A DNA stretch of 63,371 nt, filler included, from Rhabdomonas costata (GCA_019059605.1; 41 parts of 41 records of this genome joined end to end with filler, not necessarily neighbours in it); one strand, 5' to 3'; counted from the whole stretch's first letter, positions 10,863 to 23,563 are shown. Numbers and translations: made by a program. The notes: generated by a model from the sequence alone, not told the origin.

Positions 10863-12240
10863 GTTCCTACAGCCTGCCTGCTTCATCTCAACGGGGCGTG
10901 CAAGTGGGGGGAGCACTGCAACCAGGCCCACATCAGCCGAGAGTGGCTGCAGGCCCGAAACCACGACTTCGAGCTGTGGATGGAGGCCCGCCGCGCCGAC
11001 TTTACTCAGCTGCCCCCCTCGCAGCTGCTCCGGGTGTACCACCCCAACCTCTACGAGGTCGTGCAGATCTCCAAGGAGTCCATCATTCAGTTTACCCGGG
11101 GCCTTTTCCAGGTCTCCAGCTGTGCCCCATTCAGTGGAGTTGAGATGACGTCGATTAATTTGGTCATAGCCTCTTCCATTCTGACGTCTTGCACAGAGCT
11201 GCATTTCTGACCAACCGCCTTCAACCCGCAGCCACGCGATCACAGAAAAGTTCAATGACCGCACTGCTCAATTTGTTGAGTCAGTGCCTTTCACGGAAAA
11301 GGAATTTCATTAATCCAGCACAGACAGACGCAAAAGCAATTATGAAGTTTCGCCCCTCCCACACTCTCCTCACTGCTTTCGGAACTGCTGACCTGCTGTT
11401 CGTCACTCAATTGTAACGTGACGTGACGTGACGAAAATTGAAAACAGATCTTCTATCTTTTGAGCCAAGCAAATTCAAAGTGTGAAGTTCTGTTCTCACC
11501 CAGTCTCCAAGCTCCCAGCACTCTTTCCTGTGTCACAGGCTGGGGACAAGGTTCCCAGTGTGTGCCTGCTTTTCCAGAAGAACCGTTGCAGCTGCGGGGA
11601 GCTTTGCAAGCAGGTGCGCGAGGATTGTGCCTGTACATGTGACTATGACTTATGTGTGGGTATTTCTGTAATTGTACTTTTTGGGTACTTGTGTACAGGT
11701 GACTTATGCGTGGGTATTTTTATGGTATCTGGCGGTGTGTATTTGTTTATGGTGCAAAAAAAAAACGAGTGTTTCCGTGAAGGTCCTGCAAACCTTGTCT
11801 TGTCCGTGGCCTCTGTGAGTGGTTGTTTGAGGCGTGTCTTCCGGACTTTGACTTGGGACAGAGAGAAAACAGCGAGAACTGGCTGCTTTTGCTTCATGGC
11901 AAATCGATTCCAATATTTTTTCCAGCCTGCCACGGGTTGCATTATTTTTCGCGAGGGCGAGCGCCATTCGCGGCATCTTTGGCATTGTTTCTTTTTGCCT
12001 TCCCCGGAGCGGTGAATTCTTTGAACGTTGAATTCGCAATCAGGTGAGTTTGCCGTGGTGGGTGAGCCGAATCGCGTTCCCTACTTTCTGCTGGGTGGGA
12101 GAAGCGAGGGACGGGTGGGCGACAATCATTGAAAGTGGTAAACTGGCACCTGTGACATTTGTGTTGTTGCCCTTAGATCCACGCCAACCTGGAGCACATG
12201 ACCTTCCACCGCCTGCCCCCGTCCGAGGGCACCGCTGGCG
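10863..12240 (+). CDS. Tandem CCCH zinc-finger (probable RNA-binding) protein, partial (exons 10863-11111, 11539-11613, 12177-~12240)
   Basis: Finger 1 is CLLHLNGACKWGEHCNQAH (C-x7-C-x5-C-x3-H). Finger 2, CLLFQKNRCSCGELCKQ|IH, is completed across a phase-0 GT-AG intron. All splice sites are canonical and frame-consistent. Confidence 0.85.
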
Positions 12241-12630
12241 GGGTCGCTGCGCGACGCCACCACCCCCCACACACACCCACCACANNNNNNNNNNNNNNNN
12301 NNNNNNNNNNNNNNNNNNNNNNNNNNNNTTAATTAATTAANNNNNNNNNNNNNNNNNNNNNNNNNNNNNNNNNNNNNNNNNNNNCTTTGCGTGGGGAAGG
12401 GGAAGGGCATGGAGGCATCCCGGAGGACGGGGAGAGTCAATGGGAAAAGTTCCCTTTCACGCAAAACACATACCTACTAGCTCGGTGTAGTTAAAGTAAA
12501 GTGGCTCTTTCGAAGTTTTAAACCTTCAAAACCTTCACTTCACCTTGCTGTGCTAATTTTCACACGTTTTTTTTTGCGGTTTAAACAAAAAGAATCAGGG
12601 CAGGGAGTTGGCAGCCAGAGAGGTGGGGGA

Positions 12631-13450
12631 CCTGTGGGGCGAGCAGGAGCAGCCTCTTGAGTTGGGTATGGTGCTTCCGAAGGTGCTCGCACTGCAGCGC
12701 CAGGCGGTCCTCGGTGAGCTCCCCCGCAGGGATCCGAAACCCAAACAGGTCGCCCTAAAACCACCACCAAATCGCTTCAAAGGTTTAACAAGGAAAAATG
12801 CAGTAATGCAGCATGCCCCAGAGCGGGCAGGGGAACTGTGCACTGGTCTTTCTTTTTTTATCCTAAGAAAAGGGAACAGCAGCGGAATATCTCGAGAGCG
12901 CCTTGTGCTGCGATGTTCCAAGTTCATGGATTCTTAAATATTCCCAAATTCGGAAGTGATCATGAAGCACGCAAACATCCAACTACATCTGTGTTTAGAT
13001 GCATACAGGGGGTCCTAATTCAAACCCGAGAACTAATGGGGCACACATTGGGGGGTGGGGTGAAGAGGTGCATTTTTCGAGTGCAGGCCAAACAAAGATT
13101 TTTGGCCAAAGTCCGGGGCCCTTCCCTTTCCCTCGAGAAATGTTGGTCTTCCGGGTAGTTTTGCCGGATCATGGGACGTAAGTCTTTATGAAACCTTCCC
13201 TCTCCAGCCTAACAAATCATCACGTTCGCCCCTTACTTTCTACCCCAAAACATCTTTCTCTTCCGATCCCTTTTTGGCGCTGCTCCGTTTCACCCCCCTC
13301 TCCTCCTCACTGAGCGAGAGACCGGCTGCAAGTCTGCGGCGCTCCAGCACCGCGGCCGCAGCCTTGCTGGGCGAGGCGAGCGTGTGTTGGCGGCGGGGTG
13401 GGGGGAGACCCCGCCATCCCTCGGGGACGTTAGAAGGCTCCCCTCCCCTG
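12631..13450 (-). CDS. Hypothetical protein, probable exons ~13450-13310 and 12755-12632
   Basis: GC-rich open frame tttag|GDLFGFRIPAGELTEDRLALQCEHLRKHHTQLKRLLLLAPQ|gt with canonical splice sites. The upstream GC-rich block follows a gcag acceptor, but its frame is uncertain. Confidence 0.45.
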
Positions 13451-13937
13451 CAGCCCCACAAGAGAGAGAAAATGCGAAGAGGGATTGCAGCAAAAAAAAA
13501 AGAAGTGATAATGAAGCGCCATTATGACAAAAACAACTTCTCACGGCAAATTGAGAGAGACGTTTCCTTTTTCTTAGACGGCTTTCACACCACCCCAAAA
13601 AAGCAAAAAAACAGCAAAGCTTCGTCAGAGTACCAAACCTGCAGAGGCAAACCTGCAAAGGCAGTGCAAGGGGAGATTCAGGCGAATCAGAGAGGCGCTT
13701 GGGGCGATGTGGGCGGTAGGAGAAGGAGAATATTCCCAGGGAAAATTACGCGCACGTGAACCCTATGAAAGCCTTCTGAGACAACAGCAATGACTGCGGT
13801 TCAAGAGATGACCACGAGATGACCACCACCACNNNNNNNNNNNNNNNNNNNNNNNNNNNNNNNNNNNNNNNNNNNNTTAATTAATTAANNNNNNNNNNNN
13901 NNNNNNNNNNNNNNNNNNNNNNNNNNNNNNNNGTTGG

Positions 13938-14138
13938 TTTGTCGTGTACTATTCCCCTTAACGCCAGGTCATTCGCTCCATGGACCTTTCTTTAAATGGG
14001 AATGAGAGCAGAATGCAGAGCGGGCGACACCTCCGCTGTCTCTTCAGACTTGTCCTGAAGGTCGTACTCCAGAATTCCATTCAAAGAAAGGTCCATGGAG
14101 CGAATGACCTGGCGTTAAGGGGAATAGTACACGACAAA
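13938..14138. repeat. 56-bp perfect inverted repeat with an 89-bp spacer
   Basis: 13938-13993 is the exact reverse complement of 14083-14138. Confidence 0.95.
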
Positions 14139-14343
14139 GGAATTCATGTCTTCATCAGTCTACGAGCGATGCGCGGAAGCGATGCTGCAACAAAAATGGT
14201 CCAAGCGTTCGCTTCCCTCTCTCTCCCTTCACAATAACTGCAAGCAAATAAGGAAGGAGAACAGAGCAGCGGCTTCCAGTGCATTCTGGGAGGGATTGCA
14301 CTGCAATTCTAGCACCATCTCATATCCACTGATAATGTACTAC

Positions 14344-14573
14344 TCAGCACCCAAATGTAACCTGGTTTGAAAAGAGGAAGACAGCTTTTTTCAGTGAATT
14401 CAGATAGGCAGGCTCTCACACCCAACAAAATGGTGTGGAGTGGCGTCAACGTCAACCCCAGCCAAACAAACATAATCGCGAGCACAAAAGACGCGAATTG
14501 CATACGACAGTGTCGACAGTCTTCTTCGTGGTAACCTTCTTCTTAATCTTCTTGGTCTTCTTCTCATCTCCCT
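14344..14573 (-). CDS. Probable last two exons of an unknown protein with a Lys-rich C-terminus (EGDEKKTKKIKKKVTTKKTVDTV|VTFGC*)
   Basis: tttcag|AG GGA GAT...GTC|gtatgc and aaaccag|GTT ACA TTT GGG TGC TGA. Splice sites are canonical and frame-consistent. Confidence 0.45.
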
Positions 14574-15592
14574 CTGAAAGATAATGGCAGAGTTGAGAGG
14601 CATCTCGAAGAGAAACACCACGGATGAGGCACCAAAACCCGTGCAAAGCTCATATGTCTGGCATCCCATCCCAGCCTAGCGCAGCGAAACAAAAAACAGT
14701 CGAGGATGACAGACAGCGGGAGGGAAAATGAGAGACACGGCAAAACGTTTCCGTGGAAATGAAAAAATGGAAGCGAGCCATTTGGAAATGCCCAGAATGG
14801 AGTATCTCGCATCTGAACGTCAACCTCTCCCTCTCCCTCTCTCGCGCTGTCGAACACCAGGGAGCCACGGCTTTAGCAAACGCAAAAAAAAAAAGCACTG
14901 CATCGACGATCACCAACAAAAGGGAAGCCGCTCTTTTGAATGGATTTTTTTTGACCGCTTTTGTTTTTTCGAAAGGGGGCTCCTTTTTTCTTCTTTTTCC
15001 AAGCTCGCTCGGGTCGTCGCACCCCCGGCCCTTTAATTACTGCGAGCTGGATGAACCATGGTGAACATAAGCAAGCAAGGGGGGAACCCGCACATGGCGG
15101 TCTCTTTCTCCGCTTGCAAAACTGCAAGAATGCAGGAAACGCAAAGAGGGTTTTTTCTTACGCGGGGCCGCTTGCTATCAACAACGGGTGAGAAGAAAAC
15201 ATAAAGCAGGCAGAACCGTAAACTGAGACTTTTGTCAGAGCACACACTGCAACTGCACTGCACCTTTTCAGGCTGAACAGTATACAATCAGTACAAGAAT
15301 ACCTCTGCCTACTTGAGAAATCTCTTCTGCAAAGGTCGTCGTCCCTCATATCTACATCCCTGCCCTACCAACACCACCCCNNNNNNNNNNNNNNNNNNNN
15401 NNNNNNNNNNNNNNNNNNNNNNNNTTAATTAATTAANNNNNNNNNNNNNNNNNNNNNNNNNNNNNNNNNNNNNNNNNNNNGGTTTTTGTGCGCCTTATAT
15501 ATTAGAACTAGTCACAGAAAAACAAACCTGCAGTGCCTTCACGCAGGTTGTTCACCTGACGAGTCTTCTGTTGTTCTCCTTGTTTAACGTAG

Positions 15593-16450
15593 TGTGGACT
15601 TGGGCAAATACTGAGGCTTTCGGAGAAGCCGGAAGCCGGAAGACGGCTGTGAAGAGGACGGTGTCTGAGGTGCATACAATAGTTTGGAGGCAATGGAGCT
15701 TATTGGTGTGGTTTGTAATCGTGGGGATTCCGCAGGTGCTAAGACTGTACCGCACGATTCTGAAGGAGGGCGAGAGCTGGGGATCCAGAAGAGCGAGGCG
15801 GGCCCTGGAGTTCCCAGAAGAGGTGCCTGCGAAGCCAGCAAGGGGTCGCTGTGATTTCGCTCACTTTTTTGTGTAAGTACGGTGTCAAGTTGCGGCCTCT
15901 TATGGATGGTCTATGGTAAGTTTTTTCAGCCCGTTTGCTTTTCAATTTTACCCTCCTGCTGCAACCAACCACATGGCCGTTGTTCTGTCCCGGGGCGCTC
16001 CCCGTTTCCTCCGCTTCAGGTGGAGACAGAGCGGAAGTACATTCGCTGGGAAGCGCAAAGGTACTGCGGGGTGGCGTGCAGGAACGGCGGTTTAGCACTT
16101 CCTCGAAACCCTCATCCGTTGTTCTGGGCTTTCTGACTTTTAGGCTGTTCAAAAGAAACAAGAACATCACTGACATGAGCATCATTGATGCGAAGATTTT
16201 TGAAGCCACTACTCGGCTGGAGCTGGCGGTATGCCGTGTTGAATCCGTTTTCGTTGAAATCACCCCCAATTCGGAGCTGTGCTTGCTGGTGTTGTCTTGG
16301 TGCTCGATTTGTTGCCCTCCTTTCTCTCGCTTTATTTTGATTTGGGGCAGCAACATTACCAGAACCCGTACCCGCGGCACAGCGGTGGGATGCTGACGGG
16401 GCCAGACTATTCTAACCTGGCCTACATGCACTCATACTCCCCGCTGAATG
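15593..16450 (+). CDS. LYRM1: LYR-motif protein LYRM1 homolog (exons ~15593-15669, 15736-15822, 16020-16060, 16144-16228, 16351-~16450)
   Basis: The spliced product VLRLYRTILKEGESW...ERKYIRWEAQRLFKRNKNITDMSIIDAKIFEATTRLELAQHYQNPYPR...AYMHSY matches LYRM1 (VLxLYRxI..W..EKxYIxxEAxxLFxxNKNxTD...R.E..HYxxPYPR). Introns are GT-AG with compatible phases. The 5' and 3' ends are approximate. Confidence 0.88.
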
Positions 16451-17636
16451 GTGGGGTGGATGCCACCTTTCTCACCATGGTCGGCGCACGGTGTGTGCTG
16501 CGGTTTTTTGTAAGGAAGCGGGTGGTGGTTTTTAATGTGACCGCCACTGAGAAAGCAGACACCTTTCTGCCCCCGAATTCAGGGTGTACTTCAGTAACGA
16601 ATGCGTTCATTATTCTGGTTGATTAGAAGGCAGATTTGACTGGACTTTGCCCGGGAAGGGCGATGATTCCCAGGAGATTGCCGACAAAGGAACATAGTTA
16701 TATTAGTAGCGAAGGCGGCTGAGGTAGGCGCGTTCTCTGGGGGGAGTCGGAGAGTTGCCATAGTCATGGGCTCCAAAAGCGACACAGTTTTGCGGAGTGC
16801 TCGCGTGGCCGAGCATACCAACCTGTCAGTCAAGTTTAGTTCGTCACCCGTTAATAATCTTTAACCGTTCAATGTTCTTTAACCGTTTAATACCACCCCC
16901 CCCCAAAAAAAAAACACAAAAAAAAACANNNNNNNNNNNNNNNNNNNNNNNNNNNNNNNNNNNNNNNNNNNNTTAATTAATTAANNNNNNNNNNNNNNNN
17001 NNNNNNNNNNNNNNNNNNNNNNNNNNNNTGTGGGGACAATTCCGAGTCGGAGCCGGAGTTTCTCTCTTCTGACACTTTGTTTGTGGGAGGAGGAGGGGGG
17101 GGGGCTAGACCTTTCCTTTCTTTATTTGCTTTTTGTACGTTTTTGATGATCAACTGAGTAAAACTGTGCTTGCCCAATCTTGTGGGTGTCCCTCGCTCAA
17201 ATTTCAGGGGTCCATCTCTCACAGTGAAGAGCACAACAATGACATCCAACTGAAGGCCCTAATGAGAAACCCACGACATTACTGCGACCCTCTTCCCGGC
17301 ACTACCGTTGACCCAATTTCAAGCCTAAAGAAGAGGATCAAGCGGGGCTGCAACTCCATCGCCAAAACCCACACCCCTGTGAAAGGAACCCAGATCTCGC
17401 AGAGCGAAATGAGCAATTGCATTTAGGAGGAGCAAAGAAACGAATGCGGGACCATCATTTGATTGAATTCAAACGAACCGAACATAACCCTCAACCGGTC
17501 ACTTCGCAGCAGGTACCCACGTCTCTGGACTGAAAGGGGGAATAAAAGGGGTCACTAAAATCGCCGATGATAATCAGCATTCGGAGAATGAAAAAAAAGC
17601 TTCCCCTCCACCTCCACCTGCCTTAGGCTGTACATG

Positions 17637-18398
17637 TACCTCTGACAGACCCGACGGATGAGCCCGCCCGAAGAAGCGTCGTTTCAGGCGTTGCAGCAGC
17701 GACGTCCCATAGACCGTTCCCCGGCGGGACTGCGCGAGTGTGGGCGGGGTGTGACCACAGAACGGCAAGCATACAGGGCGAAGACCATGGCACCGGCTTC
17801 CTTTCCTAGCTACACAATCAACCCCGAAGGTGCGGCAATGCCATAACTGGCAACCGTCAACAGCTCCGCGAAATAACATAGCTGCTGGCACATTAAGGTT
17901 GAATCGGAAGCCTTTAAAAATGGGGTAACATGGCCACCACAAACCTTTGTTAGAGAACATCGGGCGATGAGGCAAGCAAAACCGAAGCAGGCTTGGATCT
18001 TTTGAAGATACAGCACGCCCTCCGAAACGCTCCGGTCCTTGGGGTCAGAATATTCCAACCTTTCCCTCGGCCGCTTGAGGTGCCACTTAGCGCACTTTGC
18101 GGCACTTTCGTATACCTTCTGTTTTGCCCCACGCTTTGTAAGAGTTGACAGCGTGGGTATTTCCAAGGGCGACAGGAGCGATAGTTGTTGCAACTGAGAA
18201 GGTGCGGGGACCTGCCGGCGAAGGCCCTCGGAGGGAATCGTGGTTTCTGTGGTGAAGGCCCCGGTGAGGTGGTCGTAGATAAGATCCAGGTCCTCCGCGG
18301 AGATCGCCCCACTGCCCGTGCACTGCAGCGTGCCCTGGGCCTGCAGCTCGTCCACCGCATCGTAGACATCCTTACTGTTGCATTGCAACCCCCGAGCT
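17637..18398 (-). CDS. Hypothetical protein, exons 18398-18212 and ~17730-17640
   Basis: GC-rich exon SKDVYDAVDELQAQGTLQCTGSGAISAEDLDLIYDHLTGAF...GLRRQ bounded by tttcag and gtcccc. A plausible phase-0 downstream exon ends at gag|gtacat. Confidence 0.55.
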
Positions 18399-18576
18399 CT
18401 GAAAACGAAGAGAGAGGGGGGGGGGGGAGGGGAAGGTAGATCGGTACACAAGGGGCGATGAGCGACATATGGCTTGNNNNNNNNNNNNNNNNNNNNNNNN
18501 NNNNNNNNNNNNNNNNNNNNTTAATTAATTAANNNNNNNNNNNNNNNNNNNNNNNNNNNNNNNNNNNNNNNNNNNN

Positions 18577-20024
18577 GTGTTTTGTGGGAGTGTTCGTGAC
18601 TGACCCTGCGGATGCTTCGTCCTGCCCCCCATGGGTCGGCACAGACACCGTTGCTGCTTTCCAGGCTCTGCGCAAAAACCTGCCCACTCTTTTCGGAAAG
18701 CTGGACATCCAAGAGCAGACCTACCGGGCCTGGCAGGACTGGCTCAAGCAAGCCGCACCAGAGACCTGTGTGAACATGGCAGTGAAGCAGGAGCTCACCC
18801 TTTTCGAGCAGAACCTCGTCGTGGCGACCTTTCGCCCGGACCGTCTCCCGGTTTCCTTGGAGATCCTGGCCTGCCGGCTTCTGGAGCTTGAGAGTCTGAC
18901 CCCTCCGGCAATGAACCTCGCCAGCATCGCGAAAGAAGTATCGGCCACGGAGCCTGTGTTGATGATCACCACGCCCGGGGCAGATCACTCCCAGGAGTGG
19001 GCCGAAATCGCCCAGCAGGTGGTGGGCACCGGGAAGTTCACCCAGCTCGCCATGGGAGGTGGCCAAACCGATGAGGCCATCAACCTTCTTCGACAAGCAG
19101 CCCACTCCGGGGACTGGCTGCTTCTGAAGAACCTGCACCTTGTCGTGGCCTGGGTGGACACTCTGGAGAAGGAGTTTACCAACCTGGCCCCTGCAGAGGG
19201 CTTCCGGCTGTGGCTCACCAGCGAGCCTCACGATGCCTTCCCTGGGATCCTGCTGCGGTCCTCTCTGAAGATTACTTTCCAGAGCCCTCCAGGGATTCGC
19301 AAGAACTTGCTTAGGACGTACGATATGTGGACTCCTGAGTACCTGGAGCAGGTGAGAAATGTTGCCGTGTATTTTTTGTTGGGACGATTTTATTGAGACG
19401 TTTCTGTCACTGTGATATACAGTCTGTTTTTGCTTGCGGTATTGCTACTTGCTTGTTGCATTTTTGTACAGGGGAGCGTGCTCCGTGCCAGAATTCTACT
19501 CGTCCTAGCCTTCTTCCATGCCATTTGCATGGAGCGCCGCACGTACATTCCTCAGGTGTGGAGTACTGTTTAGTGTACTGTGGAGTAAATGCCCGCAGTT
19601 GCTTCGTGAGATCTTTTTGACTTGATCATATTTTGTCTAGTCGTGCGGTAAATGATGGTAAGCTGCTGGCCTTTTGGCTGGCAGCTTGCCACAAATCATC
19701 TCTCCCACACCGTGAATCTTGTCTCCATTTCCCTTCTTGAACATACCGGTGCATTTTCCCATTGAACACTCTCCTCTCATTCTCTCTTCGCTGATCCTTC
19801 CACTGCTCATATGCCAAAGTATTGCTTTTCTGACGCCTGACCCACCTGAAGTAGGACCCTTCCCTGGAATTTCCTGTTACCGTTTTTTATTTCTGTGTTG
19901 CCGTTGCGCTGCACTTTGACCTCTAGGCAATGTGATAACGCCGATGCTGGAATTCCATCTGCTTCCGACGCATATCTGTCTGTGTAGGGATGGGTGAAGT
20001 TCTATGAGGGCAGCGTGGCGGATC
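18577..20024 (+). CDS. DYNC2H1: Cytoplasmic dynein 2 (retrograde IFT) heavy chain, AAA6 region, partial (exons <18577-19351, 19472-19555, 19988->20024)
   Basis: FRPDRL...EPVLMITTPGADHSQE...LAMGGGQ...GDWLLLKNLHLVVAWV..LEKE...FRLWLTSEPH..FPGILLRSSLKITFQSPPGIRKNLLRTYDMWTPE|...FFHAICMERRTYIPQ|GWVKFYE. The KNLHLVVxW and MERRxYIPQGW motifs are typical of dynein-2. Confidence 0.93.
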
Positions 20025-20166
20025 NNNNNNNNNNNNNNNNNNNNNNNNNNNNNNNNNNNNNNNNNNNNTTAATTAATTAANNNNNNNNNNNNNNNNNNNN
20101 NNNNNNNNNNNNNNNNNNNNNNNNGTGTGGGTGTGTTTGGGGGGTGGGAGTTATTTTGGAGCATAC

Positions 20167-21313
20167 CTGAGAGATGGACCATTGTTTTGGAACGGGTGAC
20201 GAGTCACTGAGGAGGGAATGCAGCTTGGACATTAGGGCCTCCATCTCCCCCTCCTGGAAACGGAAATCCCGACTGACATGCACGTGAGATAAAACTCATC
20301 AGTTGGCACGAAGGAGCCGCCTCCATATTCCATTTCCTTCCAGGCAGCACTCGAAAAGAAATCAAAACGGGTCAAAAGGGCGCTTGCAAATTAACGACAA
20401 GAAAAGCAAAAGAAAGATGACAAGATGCCCGCCCCGGATTCCCGTTGGTGATCAAGGCTGAAGACCGGGAGATACGCACTGGCAAGTGGGAAGTCTTGGA
20501 TAAATCTCGAAACGTATGCTTTGGCTTGTTTCATGGGACCTGTAATTCAGTGGGGTCCAACCTCGCTTTCTTTGTGCTTCTATGCCGTTCGTTTTATTTT
20601 GCTGTGTAGCGGTGAACAACGGGCTTTCTTGTTGGATACGTCACTTTCTGGGATGGAGGGGGGGGGGTACAGTTTTATAGTTGTTGAACTTCACCGATAA
20701 AATGTCGGGAGGTATGCCCATCCGCAGCGTAGCCCGGACAGGCGGCTGAGGCGGGAGCGTCCCTTGGGGGGTACAATGAAAAATGGTTTTGTCGCTTCAC
20801 TTCAATAGTGAGAAATGTCCATTGATGAGAGCATTTTGGAAAATGTTGGAAAGTGAAAAACAGAGGTCGTTGCATTGGCATTCCCCAAGTTTATACCATT
20901 TTATTTTAGATTCTGTGAAATTCTCACTTTGAATGTGAAGCGGGCCTTATTTTCAGCGGTTAACCCCGTTAACACACAAAAAAATAAATAAATTCCTTTG
21001 ATGTCGTGTTGATTTTGGCGACGTTGTATTCCGAGCGCGGGGTGAGAAATGCAGTGCAGGCGCCCGTAGATCATATCTGGACAAAAGAAGTTCTGGTTTA
21101 CCGTGCCACTGAACCCTTAGCTGGAGTTTTATCGCCCTCCCCCCAAAAGTACGCAAGAGTCACAAAAATAAGGTACGCCGCTTCCCCAGCGATCCACCCC
21201 CCACAGGTATACCTGAAGCTCTCCTCGACCCGAGAGCTCAGGGCAGGACTCGTAGTGCACTTCACACTGCAGCGGGCGGCCCGGGTACGCCCCCACACAC
21301 CGCGGCGTGGAGG
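20167..21313 (-). CDS. Hypothetical multi-exon gene (exons ~21313-21212 and ~20253-20167)
   Basis: Two GC-rich open frames with cag acceptors and cag|gtat donors: ASTPRCVGAYPGRPLQCEVHYESCPELSGRGELQ and EGEMEALMSKLHSLLSDSSPVPKQWSISQ. Confidence 0.45.
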
Positions 21314-22649
21314 CCTGGGTGCACGTCGGCGTGCGCCAGAAAATAGCACCACAGGAGTTTGCAAAGGCGAATAACAAAAACCCGATGTCGGGGCAAACCT
21401 TGCAGGTTTTGTCTGAGGAAAACCGTTTGATTATGGAGGGAGTGGATTTTTAGGAAACTTTCCCTTTCAGCACCAACAGTCACAACCAATTCAATGTGCT
21501 GAGGGGTTTCGAGCTGCCCTGTGATCGTTCTGAACACAGTACGCTTCAGGAAGGAACCTCCCCCCACCACANNNNNNNNNNNNNNNNNNNNNNNNNNNNN
21601 NNNNNNNNNNNNNNNTTAATTAATTAANNNNNNNNNNNNNNNNNNNNNNNNNNNNNNNNNNNNNNNNNNNNTTTGTGTTGTTTGCCACATTTTTATACTT
21701 AGATAGATATCTTTTTCCGAGTGTTGAGCAATTTTGCACACGGTGCGCTGGAATCGAATGCCTTTTAAGTTCGATTCCACTGTCGGGGTCTTGATTCCTT
21801 GCGGTGCAAGATCTCATGTGTCATCTTCCGCATCATACTGCGTCCTACTGCAGAGACTCGTATGGGTAATCTTGCGTGTCGTGCTTCCAGTAGCCTGTGT
21901 TGCCCCTCGTTTGCCCGCTTGACCTTTCTCATTTTTTGTGTTCCGACATTTTCACAACTTCACAACTGTGTTTTGATCCGTGAGGCTGCTTGACGTGCAG
22001 GAATGTGCGATTTTTGTTGCCTGCAGTAAATGCCTCCGGTTGCTTGCTGGCTTCCATAACACCTCGAATTGGAGCTGGGCGACATTCGGAACTCAGCGGA
22101 CCTCACAGCGGTTTTTGCCCAAATTCCCGTCGCCGATCATTGGCAAAACTCGATTTAAAAAAGTGCCGTCACTATGGGGAAATGGACAATACTTCACCCA
22201 TTCTCCTTGCAAAGGCTCGTTAGTTCCTGTTTTCTCCGATAATGATTGGCTGCCATGAACTGTGTTTCGAACTCCACTTTCTTCGACCATGACGCCCGGC
22301 CGGGCCATGTTTTAGGCTTTTTTTCTTCGCCTTTTTCATTTGGCCCATTCAAAATGATAGATTGGGAACTTTTTTGGTAATGTGTCCTTGCCGTGCACAT
22401 TGTCAGCCGAACATGAACCAACGGTTGAAATGGGTAATGAGATACAGAAGTATTGCCAATTTTAAGCCCCTTTGCATTTCGAGTATTTTTTTCCATTGTA
22501 TTGTTGTGCGGCGAGTTGGAGACCAATAGATCCTGCAGTACCGCTATGCATGGCCATATTTACCTCCGATTTGGGAATGGCCGCACCCCCTCTCGTGTTC
22601 ATCGTCAAGGGTGAGCGGGTGAGATGATACTTGGGAAGGGGGGTGCCTG

Positions 22650-22816
22650 TATAATGGGGTATTATAGCCATGATACTATAATATCGTTAACTATAATTTC
22701 ATTGTACTATAATGATATTATTGCCTATTATCGTAGCATTCGCTATAATGATATGATATTATAGTAGAATGATATTATAGCATAATGCCTATGATACCCC
22801 ATTATAGGTATTATAC
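22650..22816. repeat. AT-rich degenerate (TATAA/TATGA)-type satellite
   Basis: Abrupt low-complexity A/T block built from tataat, tattat and atgata units, in an otherwise ~50% GC contig. Confidence 0.8.
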
Positions 22817-23563
22817 ACGGCGACCTGTTAGTGAATCTTTCTATTTACGATCTTGGGCCAGACATCCTGGAAAACGATTCCAAGTCCTTACCATGCAACA
22901 CAAAAAAACAACCTCCTCTGAAGTTCAGTCGATAAACAAGGAAAAGATAACAAAAATCTTACCCTTTTCGAGCGCAGAACCCGCCATGTCGCGTAGTGCT
23001 CGCAGCGCTGCCCTAGCGTTGGCCGCGCGTGCACGCCCGCTGACGGTCCCGGCTTCCCTGGCCAGGGTCCGCGTGGCGCCCTGGGTGGGATAACCGCGGT
23101 GGCTCGGAACACACCCACCNNNNNNNNNNNNNNNNNNNNNNNNNNNNNNNNNNNNNNNNNNNNTTAATTAATTAANNNNNNNNNNNNNNNNNNNNNNNNN
23201 NNNNNNNNNNNNNNNNNNNTGTGGGGGGTGACATCAATGGTAGTAGGACTTTGTACGGCGGTTGGGCAGTTGGGGCTGTTGTCATGTGCAGGTTTTGCTT
23301 GTACTGAAGAAACCACGACAGAGCAACCACGACAGAAAAAAGATGCGCACCAACAAAGGCCAACGCTGCAGTACACAAGCCGCACAACTTTCTTTGTCTT
23401 TGTTTAACATTCGCCCTCCTTGCGGAACTGCTGCAATTGTAACGGTTAATCATCCATTACTCACGGGGCTCAGCAAACTTGACTGCTTGATATGCTGAAC
23501 ATGGGTGCGTTGATGAAGGAAGGGTAGGTGAGTGGATGGGCGAGGAACTTCTCGTGTGCTGAC

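Noticed and set aside
20290-20310. CTGATGAG (minus strand) as a hammerhead ribozyme core; also CTGATGA at ~60834
   Set aside because: No stem II followed by GAAA at a suitable distance, and no closing stems.
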